Assembly: GCA_002633005.1 (NCBI GenBank)
Contig: NMRA01000022.1
Coordinates: forward strand, 300,056 to 364,055
Direction: 5' to 3'
Origin: Phoronis australis
Taxonomy: Eukaryota > Animalia > Phoronida
Length of the DNA: 64,000 nt
Part shown: positions 1 through 12,500 of the stretch, piece by piece
Layout: every line of letters starts with the position of its first letter
How positions within the stretch are numbered: the first letter of the stretch is position 1
Notes under the pieces: generated by a model
The model's database searches: none
What the model was told of the DNA's origin: nothing
What the model saw: only the letters and a program-made list of their open reading frames with translations
Program-made: the position numbers and the translations under genes

Positions 1-1186
1 TGGCTGAATTTCATGCTGGAGTAAATATATCACATTCTCATTCATTGTGCTTACAGGTTTTAAAACAGTATTTCTTACCCACTAGCTAGCTCATTCATGT
101 TCCATTGAATCTCCGGAAGCCAGTGTATTACCATGGGAATATTGCACAGTCCTTGAAAGCTGCTCTAGAAGGTTACTCTGCCACTATTCATTGTGGTGTG
201 TGGAAATGGCCACTGTGTGCACCAATATGCCTTCACTACCTCTATGACCAAATGCAATGTAGGTCAGTGACTTGTGCAGCCACCATATGGTCAAGTGAGT
301 TGGCCCATAACCTTGCAAGTGGCATGGTGTGTTGTTGTGTGCTCTGAAAACTTATCACCTCTTACACAGGGCAGTCAGCCCTTGAGAAATTTTGGCAAAT
401 ATTTTAACTCCACATCTTTACTTGTCTTGGTTTGTGACTGGTCCATTTTCTTCTCTGGGACGTAGCTCTCCTTTCTGCATAGTGGTGGTTTGCTTACTAG
501 CTGTGTGTAATGGTGCAGATGTAATGGCTGACAAGCTGGAATTAGGTCTTGAAGTGTTACTCATGTAACTACCTACTCGGCTACTTCCTCTGAGTGGAGC
601 AATTGACCTATCGCAAGCTCCGTCCCCTTGAAAAATGTCTACCAACAAACAATAAGTTTTCCCCGGCAACGCGTTGTTTGTCAGGTAAAATGGCGGCTTG
701 GAAACGAAGGTGTGTCAAGAATACTGCGTTCCTGGCGATAGAACAAGGGTGAGGTGTCCAAATTGATCCCATTTCTTTTGTTGCGAAATGCCGGTCCCAA
801 AATGTTGTCTGGAGGCAAAAGAATGAGCTGCAGTAAGAAAAAGCTAAGTGAATTATTTGTCTCATCCTGTCGTAAGTTGGTTGGTTTTGCCATAACTTTG
901 TAGTGTGGTCCGGAGAAATGTGCTATCTCCAAGATCGGATGTGACATTTGGGCTGACAAGATATACCTAATGTCATCCACAGACATTTTCAACCGTGGCT
1001 TTTGCATTCAGTTGCACTCCTTCAGCAGTGGTAATCTGACGACACTACACATCAAGTATGTGATAAGTCTCTGATGATGTTTAATCTAGCTTGATTGTAC
1101 TTTTTCACAACCACCGAATCATCCACTGATTGGCTGTAATGTAGTTTGACAACTTTCATCTTTCGTTATAGCGAAATAATGACCAG

Positions 1187-1430
1187 GGGGCTGTTCCAAG
1201 AAACTGACTTAAGTTCATTTTTGACTTAAGTCTAAGATTTGTCTTAATTTCCAAACTTTGAAACTTCCACATTTGGAAAGTCAAAATTAAGACAAAACTT
1301 GGCTCATACACTTAAGTCAAACTTAAGATATCTTTCTTGATTTGGTTTTGAGACAAATTTAACTTTTATTTTAAAATTTACTAAAATTTAAGATTTGTCT
1401 TAGCTAAGTCAGTTTTGTTGGAACGGGCCC
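1187..1430 (+). mobile_element. PIF/Harbinger-like MITE, family A, copy 1
   Basis: Imperfect TIRs ggggctgttccaagaaactgac ... gtcagttttgttggaacgggccc, flanked by CAG (1184-1186) and CAG (1431-1433). CWG 3-bp target duplication is typical of animal Harbingers. Collinear with the copy at 40555-40802. Confidence 0.8.
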
Positions 1431-4400
1431 CAGGCTTAGTGTGGAATATCACTTAGCACGATCTGACCTACCAGACACTGTAGAAATCATAAACCTTGAC
1501 TACGAAGCAGGTGAGAAGAGTGTGTCAATCTTACAAGAGAAAAATCGAGGCAAAAAGCATTAGTGGTCGTGTAATAAAACAAAAATAAACTGATCTCTTG
1601 GGCTTATCAAGTGATAGAGACCTCGAGAGAGAAGTAGTCTCTCCCTTGGTCCCCATACTGTGACATCACACTCGTGAACCATCCAAATGTGTATATTACT
1701 GTACAATATTTGTCTTTTCAGTTTGAAACACTGAAGCTTATGAGGGTGAGGTGCAATTTTCACCATTTTTTATTGCCGAGCACTTTTCCATGTGGTTCCA
1801 TTTCATCCTTAGGCTCCATTGTTTTACCTTTTTAGCATTTTGAAAATGATCACACAACTCTTTTGGAAGTTTCGCCATAAGTACTAATAGTTTTCTAACA
1901 GTCCTCATAAGTGTCATGTGGTGTTTTGTAAGTGTAAGTTAAACGAGTGTAATTAGAAATCCAAGCAGACAAGTAGAATGTTCTACCTGCATGGCGCGTA
2001 CAGATTACAAGAGAAGTGCGTGTTTTCAGGCGGCATCCCTGTTTTTTTTAGCGCAAAAAATTAACATGGAGAATTGCATGGATTCGTGATCTCAGGGGTA
2101 ATTTGGAATCCAAAGCGACAGATGCTACTGCAATTGGGGAAAGTGCTCCCTTAAGTAAGATAGGGCACACAGTTGCCAGCAGGCAATGGTTATGCATGTT
2201 CAATTGTACAAGTGACAGATTTTCTCCAATACCTGATGAGGCTAATTCTGATAAGGGATTGTTGTCCTTTGTGAGATCAGAAAGTTGTGAGCAGATTAAA
2301 TGGAGTGTGCTGCTGGAATAATTTTACTATCAATTTGTGAGTTGATGTTTATATTGATATAAACCCTGCTATTGCTGGTATGGGGAATTAAGGAATGTTT
2401 AGGCCTGCCCACATCAGGGGAAGTGAAATGAAACTGTATTACCGTAGAAATGAGTCTGTGATCATCCAGGTATCTATTTGTTCACTTGTCACTTTTGATT
2501 TTGACGAATAGGTTTTGCTGGTGAATTGCTTTTGAAGTGCGTGTCATCTAACATGAAAGCTGTTTTTGTAATAATTTTGCAAAAGATTGTCGTTGTCTGT
2601 TCGGCCATTTGGCATTTGTGTTGCTATGTCTGAGTTGGGAGGAAATCTCAGCTATGAAGGACACAGTGTGGCGTACAAGTGACTTTTCATTTTCTCATTT
2701 TTTCAAAAAAGGTGATGTAGCATCTAATTAATTTGATCAGATATTTTGAAAAAAAACATGAGCATTCACAGCAATGTTGGAGGACCTTGAACTACTAAAA
2801 CGGGCAATTTTGGCAATTAATTTTGTCTGAAATCGGCGAGATTATATTGTACTTCTTTATCGGATAAATCGTCCAAGGCTGTTGTATTTGACGTCACGTT
2901 AGGGTCGTTCGACTTTGAAATTTGTTTGGCTTTTCATTTCCGAAAAAAATGGCAATATTGTTGGCAGTAAAATTATTGGTTAAAAGTGACATGCACATGT
3001 TTGGTCACTCTGGCTTTACTTTGTGTGCTGGTGGTGGGTGCAACATGTATTTCTAGTGGGGAGTTCCAGGGTGAGGTTCAGCTAAGTACAGGTGTCAAGT
3101 TTAACAATCATTGGATAACAAGGCCCTTTGTGAATAATGGTGAAATGGATACCTACTGGTATAGTACATTATTATAATACTTAGACGTCATTGTCACACG
3201 CTACAATGGGTGTGAGTGAAACCTGTACATTTCCTAAGGAGTTTTACTATTTAATTAGCAGGGTATGTGAGGTAGTCACTGTTGTGATTCTTAATTAATA
3301 CAGGAATGTTTTCAGGATAGTATTAACTAATTTTTTATCTTTACAACTGTAATCATATTTTGGTTGAGTTCACATACAGTCATAAAGTCACTCTCGCCTT
3401 GTTCCTTATTCCGATTAGAAATGATTCATTCGTAGGCTAGAGAAGAACAGACGGGTTGTTACCGTATGGCTTTTTACCGGGCTCCTTGAGTTGCCTGCCT
3501 GTCATGGCCGCCTGGTTTCAGTCACCGATGCAGTATGACTGTTGGTGGAATTTCTTGCGAATTACTGGAATTAGTTTTAATTCAAACAAAGGAAAAGAAT
3601 AGGACGACATGACATTGCTTTGGAAAAGCAAACATTCCTGAGTGTAAAGAAATTCAATATTTTGATAACAAACCATGGTTTTTAAGGACTTTACGATGTT
3701 TGTCTTTCTATTAATCCTTCAATATTCCTTGAAAAAACGAAAGTCTTGGGGTTTTGACAGCGGTGCTCTGTGGTTAAAAGGCATTAAAAGAAAATCCTTA
3801 ATATGCTTCTGTACTTAACAGGATACAGAAACAGATTTTTTCAAATTCTGTGCAAAAATAATCGTGTTTATGGAAAATATGTTAATCTTTGTGAAAAATC
3901 GGGATTTTTTAGAAAAAGTGTAGCCATGTGATTAAAAACATCTGAGCTTTGCTTTTGTGCATATTATCTGATCACGTGATCTTGAAGGATTTTTAAAAAT
4001 ATCTACAGTTATATTGGTCTGGTGTTACGGTGTCTTACTTAAAAAGTGATTTAGAAATGTGACCCTTGATAACAAAATTAGCCAATTACCTTAAAGGGAA
4101 AGTCTAATACACGCAGAGTTCCCATCTTGTGAGTTGCTTTCGATATGAAATCATTTCTGGTAGCGATATTGCTGAATGGTAATTGCTAAATGATCGCTTC
4201 TGGCCTTCTCAACTTGCCATATCAGCTGGTCTGGAAAAATGTGCAATCTGCAAATTTAAAAATACGGTTGACATGAGTTAAGGTTCGTATTACTGTCAGT
4301 GTGGGGGCAGTGTGTCACAGATGTGGAAACAAGACTGGAGATTATTGAAGTGTGAAAGGCCACCTTATAACTTAAATTAACCAGCTTTTTGTGTGGTGGG

Positions 4401-4989
4401 AGCAGACATGTAGGTCATCGACACACGAGGAAATAACAAAAACATGGACATAGTTATTTTGGTGCATCAATACATATAGAGTGATGTGCCAACATATCAG
4501 AATTGGTCAAAATGGAAAGTTTCAGAAATGAAGGTGCGCTGTTTTTTAAATTTTAGTTTCGAATTCAAATTCTACCATATATGTTAGATTTTCAGATGTG
4601 TGTGACTCGGTTGACCTTTTCTTTTCTAATGTACAATATTTTTCTTGTCTCCTGACCCATTTGCAAGTTTTATATGCAACATCAACACAATATGGTAACA
4701 TCTGACCAACTTAAAACAATATGGCAGAGAAACTAAATTTTTGTTTTCACGTCTCATAAGACACCAATTTAACGTTTTGCCTTTTTAAGTTTTGTATCTG
4801 ATGTCATTCAGACAATTTTGTGGGGAGTTGGGAGTTGTGGACATTCACTTGATAAGCACACCTTGATAAAGAAGGATTTTTTGGCAATTAGTTTTTGTCA
4901 GAAATTGGTGAGATATTACCACTTCCTGTTGCAGTGCTTGATACATAATTCCATTATAGTGTATTTCTAATATTTTATTTTATTTTCAG

Positions 4990-5066
4990 ATATCGATGTC
5001 CACTTTGTGACTTACGCTACAATCCAAACCGCAAGTCAACCGGCACCAATTCAATTATTGATCTAG
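4990..5066 (+). other. Candidate 77-nt non-coding (5'UTR) exon of the nuclear receptor gene
   Basis: Strong acceptor tattttatttattttcag (AG 4988-4989) and strong donor AG|gtatgt (GT 5067-5068). Exon is more C/A-rich than the T-rich flanks. Linkage to the receptor is inferred only from strand and the absence of another gene. Confidence 0.45.
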
Positions 5067-6341
5067 GTATGTATTACAACACTTTGGGCGTGCATTTGGA
5101 AGTTTCATAGGAACTGTTTGCATTCTTCATTCTTTGTGGAATGTACCTTTCTCTTTTCCGAGCCAACGTCTACTGGTGGTGTTCCTGGTGGAATTAAACC
5201 CAACTATCGATTGACTAGTTGGTCAATTTAGAACATGGTACCGAGAATGTTTCTTTTTTATCAGAAGTAGTTTTCAAAAAATATTGTCCAAATTCGACTG
5301 GCTTCGTTGATGTTACGAGAGAGGACCCGAAAAGGAAAACAGATTTTAAATGACGGCAAATTGTAATTTAGACAGAAATAATTGCTCTGGAAATTTGCAT
5401 ACTTGAGAGTTTGATTTGCCTATTCAGTTATTCTGGAATACCATAGACATTTCCTGAGGGCCCCCATGGAAAGCAGTGTGAACTGATGGGGCTACCCTCA
5501 TTGTAAATATTACATTTATAAATAAATAAATAAATAAAAAATGTTATATTTGTCCTACAAAGAGTTATGTTTTTCTTTCAAGAGCTTCTATCTATTTGAT
5601 TTTTATCAAAGACCAAAAATAGATTTGATCGCGTGTTCAGCAACAATTGCTAAATATCATTGCCCATCAGGCCTAGTAATTATTCAGTGTGAAACTTGTG
5701 AACTCTTCATCAATTATGAAGAGTTTGAATTAGTAATAGTCAAAATAACTCGACAGCAGGGTTGAACTTATTCCTGCAGTCGCTGCCATTTTGTTTTTAA
5801 CTCTTCTGGCCAGTTTGATTTGGCGTTGGTGTTTGACAGAGTGATGACTGAGCAATTTTTAACACAAGTATTACCATGCTCTGTCTAATAAATGCTTTGG
5901 GCACTTGCTAATTGAATTGAAGGGTCACTTAATTGCATTTAGAGAGCCAGTGCCTTAAAAATTTCAAACCGCTGCTGTCGATTCTTTTCCCTTGTAACAA
6001 AATTCGGGGATTTCATCTTCGTCGGTGCTGCCATTTTTCAAATGCATTGTGGGATAGGTGTCGACTCATAAATATCTGGTGACATCACAGATAACTGGTG
6101 TACTTATGATCTGTTTTGTGTTTGTGTGTTAAGATTTTTCATCTGATTGGATAGTATGTGCCTAGGTAATCTTGAGCTCCAAATGTTTGTTAATCTATGT
6201 ATTTATCAAACATATTTTTAGACTGACTTTCGATATTTCTATGGCTGCTGTGCCTTTTTAACTTTGCTCGGCAACAAGAGTTAGCAAAATTACTTTAATT
6301 TTGTGTACTCGTTTTTGGAAGAGCAATTCTTGAATAATCAC

Positions 6342-6576
6342 CAGTGGCGGACTTAGGGTTGCCAAAGGTCTATAGACTCTTCTAAAATTTCCCTAGGTCC
6401 ACTCAAAGTTGACTCACATGATTCTGGTAGTGTAAGGAGTATCATAGCTTGTTTTCGTACAGTATACTCATGTTCATGTTGTTTAACGTATGTCAAAAAC
6501 ATGTAGGCTTCACATCTATATTTCATCTTGCCCCCCCTCCACCCCACCCCCAATGCAAATTCCTGGACCCTCCCAG
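6342..6576. mobile_element. Degraded hAT-like MITE remnant
   Basis: Starts CAGTGGCGGAC, ends with a C-run followed by aaattcctggaccctcccag, resembling a decayed ...GGATCCGCCACTG terminus. No clean TSD. Confidence 0.35.
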
Positions 6577-6643
6577 AATCATGTGCTGCAAAATTCATGA
6601 AAAGTGAGCATGCAGCACTACTGGGAACCACGTGGTTGTTGAA

Positions 6644-6920
6644 AAATTGAAAACTGGAAAACTTGAAAACTGGAAAAATTGAAAACTGGAAAAATTGAAA
6701 ACTTAAAGTGAGATACTTGGAGATAATACCGGGTGTGGGCATGATATGGAGAAGTGATATGTACATTTGATGCAATTCTTCACTTGAAAGTGCATGACGT
6801 GGTTCAATTGGCACACACACGCACACAAGGATGCACACATGTATACGAGCATGCACACATGCATACATACCATGCATACATGTATACATACCATGCGCAC
6901 ATACATGAATACCATGCATG
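6644..6920. repeat. Low-complexity block: (aaattgaa/aactggaa)n 8-bp periodic run, then a degenerate CA/TA microsatellite
   Basis: Directly visible at 6644-6705 and 6812-6920. Explains the overlapping spurious ORFs at 6353-7057. Confidence 0.8.
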
Positions 6921-7409
6921 GCAATTCTCTGCTTGTCCCACAAATCCTATCTGACCCCACAGACTGGGTTAGCCTGAGTGGCAAGCAGGCAGGCGCTTCA
7001 GTTAGTTTGGTGTCAATGGCCTCTTCCCGACATGACGGTAGCAACTGTTGGTCATAATCAGGGCTTGCACTGAAGCGAATACAACTCAGTCGGAGAGAAA
7101 TCAGATTTCACCATTCAACCCCTTATACGCAGTTCCCTGTTTTGACTGTTAATTTTACATAGTTGCCTCCCTTCATACAAAATATAACTCTGAAAATGAT
7201 GAAAGTGGTTCCATTCATTGGTAACTCATAAATGATGAAAAAAAACAACTCATGTAAAAGTACTGTTTAATTAAAAGCACTCGAATTTGCGACTCATTTC
7301 TAGAGTTATAGTTGCTTGGCAACTGTCATTAGCAAAAATGACGACATTTTTGTTTTGTGGGAAAAGCTGATATCCCAGAAAACCCTGGAAAATGAAAGCA
7401 CAATATATT

Positions 7410-7462
7410 AAGTACTCTAATAGACCAAAGTAATCAAGTACTCTGATAGACCAAAGTAATCA
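7410..7462. repeat. 26-bp tandem duplication
   Basis: aagtactctaatagaccaaagtaatc / aagtactctgatagaccaaagtaatc, one mismatch. Confidence 0.85.
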
Positions 7463-9380
7463 AACAAAAACAGTTCCTTGTGATGACGGATAATTCTCTT
7501 ATGGTAAAAACAAACTTCCAATACGTAACCATCAAGGTGGCTAAATTCTAATTACAGAATGTCTAGTCACCTTACTGACTTGCCTGTTATCTCCCCTTCA
7601 TTTTCGGTCATCAGGGGAGACTACTCTGGTGATGAATTTGGCTTTCGTCGAGCTGTCATGAGGGGGGAATTCTGGGTCATTTTGTCTGAATACTTTTGGC
7701 TTGTACTTTTGGACCATTTTTCAACATTGCTATATATGGTAATCGGTTATTTGATGATAAAACGCTCTGTAGATATTCGTTGTTATCCTTGTCGTCATCG
7801 TATCGAATTGAAGAGACTGGCTAATACTTGCTTATTTCTCTTGGGATAGTTGACAACATTCAACATTAAGGGTGGAATTACAGTAACTCCCTACTTATTT
7901 CGCACAAAAGTAATTTGTAGGAACGGTATTTTTCCCTTTTTCCATTGTCCGATTACCTTTTTGTATACAACGGGAACTTTAGCAGTTGTTGTTTTGTGAT
8001 ACCTACACACAGCAAACTGTGCTTGTACTAGACTAAAATGTTCGTAATCTTTACTTTTGTCGTGAAATTTATCAAAACCTCAGAATTCGACTTGGTCAAT
8101 TTAGGCGTTCATCTTGTTTCTCAAGTAATGTGGGTTTTGTATCGGAAATAACGTAAACTGTGTCGTTCAAGTGGAAAACTAGGAACCAAACTTGGATGGC
8201 AAATTGTCCCAGGACTAACAGCCTCTCTCTTATAGTCTTTGTGAAGATAGTTAATTGGCCCTTCTGGTATTTGTATTAATTGCTGGAAAGCGTCTTTTTT
8301 TGTTTCTTGCCCACCGCAGCTAGCCTAGTGGTGCTGTTTAAACCATTGTAGTTTGCCTCTGCTGACTCAAATTCATCATCACAGTCCAAATTTGGAGGAC
8401 TATAGCCACGAAACACAGGGTGAATGTCAATTGTGTTTTATTTCTTCAACTTGAATTTATACCCTTTACCCTATTTGATATTTGTGGAGATGTGGAGTTT
8501 TGTTTCATATTAACATGTGAATGCTGAAAGTTATTAGTGGAGATTAAGGCAAAGGTCACATCACCAAAAGTTGCCCCAGGTTAGACAGCACTTGATTTAA
8601 CATGCATTTACCCAAGGCTATTCAGAAACCTTCCTTACCTATCCACCTTCCCCTCTGTATTGATGGATTGGTGTTATTGTGAATTTTGATTGGGTGTGTT
8701 TATTAATCTGAGCATAACTTGCTGGATTTTAAGATGGCACGAAATTTTGATTTCGTCATCAAGTTTGGTTCCATATTAAATCTCTATTAATTTGAGTATT
8801 AGATTCAGAAGTTTTAATGTATGATGCCCTGAGGTGATGGGATTTTTTCACACGTTGCTGACGCCTTTCAAAAGTAATAACACACCTTTATAGGGGTTGG
8901 TATTAGTTGATAAACAGATTACACACACACCACCTGCTGTTGGGAGACTGTGGCTTAAAATACATGTATTAACCTGGCTATTGCCAGTAGCATAGCAGAC
9001 ATGTAATTCCTAGTCACTATGTACATTCACATGACAAAACTTAAGACTAACAACAACAGCCATTATATGAAATCAGAGACAGGTTGGATGAAATATTAAA
9101 TTATGTTCCTGTATAGTGATTAAGTAGGTGTTGGCAAAATGTTCAGCGCCACCTACAGTTCACATATGACATGGCTGGAGATTAAAAGCTGGTTTTCACA
9201 ATGTTATTTTTTATTCATTATTATCTAATTACTAGCTTTGTACGGGGTGATTTACAAATGACCATGCAGAAAGCCAATATCTCGAACTTTGAATGAAAGA
9301 TTGTTTTTTCCGTACCGCTCTGAGTCAACGTCCAGCAGTGTAAATGTGGTTACTCCTGCTCTGGCAGAAGATAGTATAAC

Positions 9381-9517
9381 CATGGGCGGCGCAGCACTGA
9401 AAAAAGTGGGGGCTATCCCCAGTCCCCCTGTGGTGCACCGCCCATAGGCCATGGGCACTGAAGCACTGAAAAAAGTGGGGGCCATAGCCCCCAGCCCCCT
9501 ACAGTGCCCCGTCCATG
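9381..9517. mobile_element. Tandem dimer of a ~67-bp hairpin element (CATGGGC...CCCATG termini), hAT-MITE-like
   Basis: Copies at 9381-9447 and 9450-9517 share the core agcactgaaaaaagtggggg...ccccag. Each copy has inverted ends. ATAAC flanks the dimer on both sides (9376-9380, 9518-9522). Confidence 0.6.
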
Positions 9518-12500
9518 ATAACGTATTGACACATATCTTATAGGAAAGCAGTGACTCCCAAGTCCGTCAGATTTGATATTCTATACCTCCCAGGTATTAC
9601 ATAGTGTCTAAAAAGCATGTGCATCTCATGTCTTCTGTCACTTGCAAGAAGAAATGCGGTTGATACGAAAAGTGAATCGCTGTCTTTGCGATGGGAACTG
9701 CGACCCATGAAAAAGAATTTGAGGAAAGGATGCTGCTAGTGAGAAGACCTGCGCGCGTTCTGAGGGAGGCAGATTGTCTCCCCTGTGCTGAGAAGAAAAG
9801 ATAAATCTCTATTTCGAGTACCCCGTGAATCATTTTTTGCTTGTTTGTAAAAACCCTAATGTCACAAGTCGAAACTACTGTGAAATGTATCATGGTGATC
9901 TGTACTTTTGCTCATGTGGTTTTTGCTGAACGAAGTGATTAGCGTGCTTTCTTAGCTTCATTTGGTTCATTACAAGTACGCATTGCTTTGTGCTTTCGTG
10001 AACAAGTGAATAGAAGACGTTTCCTATGTTCTACAAGTTCCACTTATCGATTCTCTGCTATGAATATTTATCAAACTTGTTCCACTGCGTTCTTGATAGA
10101 TTGCAAACTGATTGCCTCCAGGAATTGTGGCAAGCGTTTGCCTGTTTCAATCAAGGGGTGTGCGATATGTTTTTTAGTCAGACTCCTCTCTCTTTGCTGT
10201 CTCGTCCCTCATTCTTCATATGTCTTTGAATACGTTTATCAATTTCATAATTTTGATTTGTGAAACGTGATGCTAGGAATCGTGAGAACAATAGCATACT
10301 AAAATGTCAAAGTAGACGGAAAGAATTATGGTTATGGTGATGGTGACGAATGAAACAAAGGTGAAGATGGACACTAGGTGGTGCAGCACAAGTTGTGATG
10401 ACAGTGCCACCTGTCTTAGGTGCCTACCATGTTCCTATGAGTGTGAATACATTAGCCAAACATATTCTACTGAAGGGCAACCCTTGATAAATAGTGTATC
10501 TGTCTAACATTACTTTGAGCTTGGTATGCCAGACACCTGGCTGTCTGAAATAGGTCATTGGAACACAGAAGGCTGATGGAATAATAACACTTGTTCTGTC
10601 TGGTGATTACCAATGCAGCTGTAGTCGTATTTATAACCAATTAATAATTCACAAATAAAAACTCGGAGGCCAGAGAAAGCTATTCATTGGTTCTTAATCG
10701 GAAAAACACTCACAGCAAAAGGTAGACTCTAGCCGTGTCTGCCAATTTGTTCGAAATGTTTCGCGCGATCTATAATTGGTGAGTGCTACTGATAGACTAC
10801 CCAGAACTATTTCCATTTGATTGATTTCATATCTTGGCCTCTTGGAAGCACTACAAGTGGTCACTTAAGCAAAAGTCACTGTGGTCAGAAATGTTTTTTC
10901 AATCATTTTTCTAATTTTTGTTTTTGTTTAGTTTATTCAGAGGTCTATTCATGGAACTTTCAGTGCCTTTCTTCTGCAGCATTTTGTGATCTTTTGTAAG
11001 CAAAGTGCATTTTAATCACACAAGACTGTTGGCCTCGTGAAAGAACGACTGAACTGAAGGTTGTGGCCTGGCTCTTGCTTTGCTCTATTTCACACCAAGG
11101 TCTTGTTTGGATTCTCCTGAACTGATTGATGTTAAGGAACACCACTGGGACACATAGACTGACTACCCAGCAATAGGGGGACTTTTCATTTCTTAACAGG
11201 GGGGGGGGGGNATTGGGTTACTCATTCATTTAGGAGAGTAGCTTCGAAAAACGAGATCCATTTGTAGAGAGCTCCCATACTTCCATGACAAAATGTCATT
11301 GTTACATACAGTTTTGTTCGAAAAATGCTACCCTCATATGGTGGTCAATATCATAGGTGCCGTCCTTCCATAGGGATTCTTGCGCTCTTGTTTTTAACCC
11401 ATTAAACCAGTTGCAGTTGTAAGAGGAACCCTTATGTAAGGCATTGCATTTGTTTTGAAGTTTGTCGGAAGATAACCCTTTCATAGGAAAGCTAGTCTTG
11501 AAGAAGTCACCCTTCTAAGTGGCACTTCAATTATGTAGCTCTTCTGTAGGAGTACCCATTCCCCCATTCAGTAATGCCTACACTGAGCTGAGTTCCATAG
11601 ACCGCAAGACAGCTTGTACTTGTGACGAAAAATCTTTGCTAATGGAATAGAAACGGAATTCAATCACAAACTTCCAATGTTGTCGACCAATCACTTCAGT
11701 GGCTGACATTTTACTTGGAGGATATGCTAGTAAGCTCCCGAACGTACTCTGAGAAAGCACTTGCTTTTCACTCGGGTTATTTTGAGAGGTGTTTCGCGAT
11801 TGTTCTTTTCTGGCAAGAAGCTTAGTGTGTGTAGTGCTCTCCTATTGCCTGGCTAGACTAACATGTGGCTGCTATCATTCACACTGAATCACCACAAAAC
11901 ATGATTGTCATGCCTGCACCTTGCACTTGTCATCTGATGTCAGTTTTTACACCCCACTCATTTGTGATTTCTAACAGTACAACGCTGCCTTTGTTCCCAC
12001 TGCTGTTGGGACCCACATGTGTACAAGCTTGTGCAGATCCACGACAGTCACTTGTATCCTATGTTTTGTGCCCATGCAGATCTCAAACCTCTTCATTGAG
12101 TCATGAGGTAAAATATGTTTTCTGTTTGTGTCTGCAGGGATATTGGTAATCTAAGACAGTTCCTAGTGTCCTTTGCTGTCTCTTGTATCCATTGGGGATT
12201 AAATTCAGTGCATCAATCCAAGGTCACAATATCCTGTTATGTTGCAGTACTTAATTGTTATCACATGTCCTGTCTATCAGCTCCACAGTGAGTCAGTTAT
12301 TTTGACATTTGCTACTTGGTCCAGAATTTCTCCTTGGATTTTGCATTATCGATCCTACCAGGCTATTTAATTCAACCAGAAATCGAACTTTGTTGGCCTG
12401 GCTTTGGAGCTATTTTCAAACTGGGAAATAGTGCAAACCTCTGAGATTGATATTAAGTGACTTCTTTTGGTGGAAGTGGCAATAAAATTAGCGAAATCTG

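Noticed and set aside
608-1007. Overlapping ORFs and a YY1-like AAAATGGCGGC (687-697) in a locally CpG-rich patch
   Set aside because: No recognisable protein or splice pattern. This motif is common inside DNA-transposon relics, so I cannot call a promoter.
6353-7057. Four overlapping ORFs up to 196 aa
   Set aside because: Produced by CA/TA and 8-bp low-complexity repeats that lack stops
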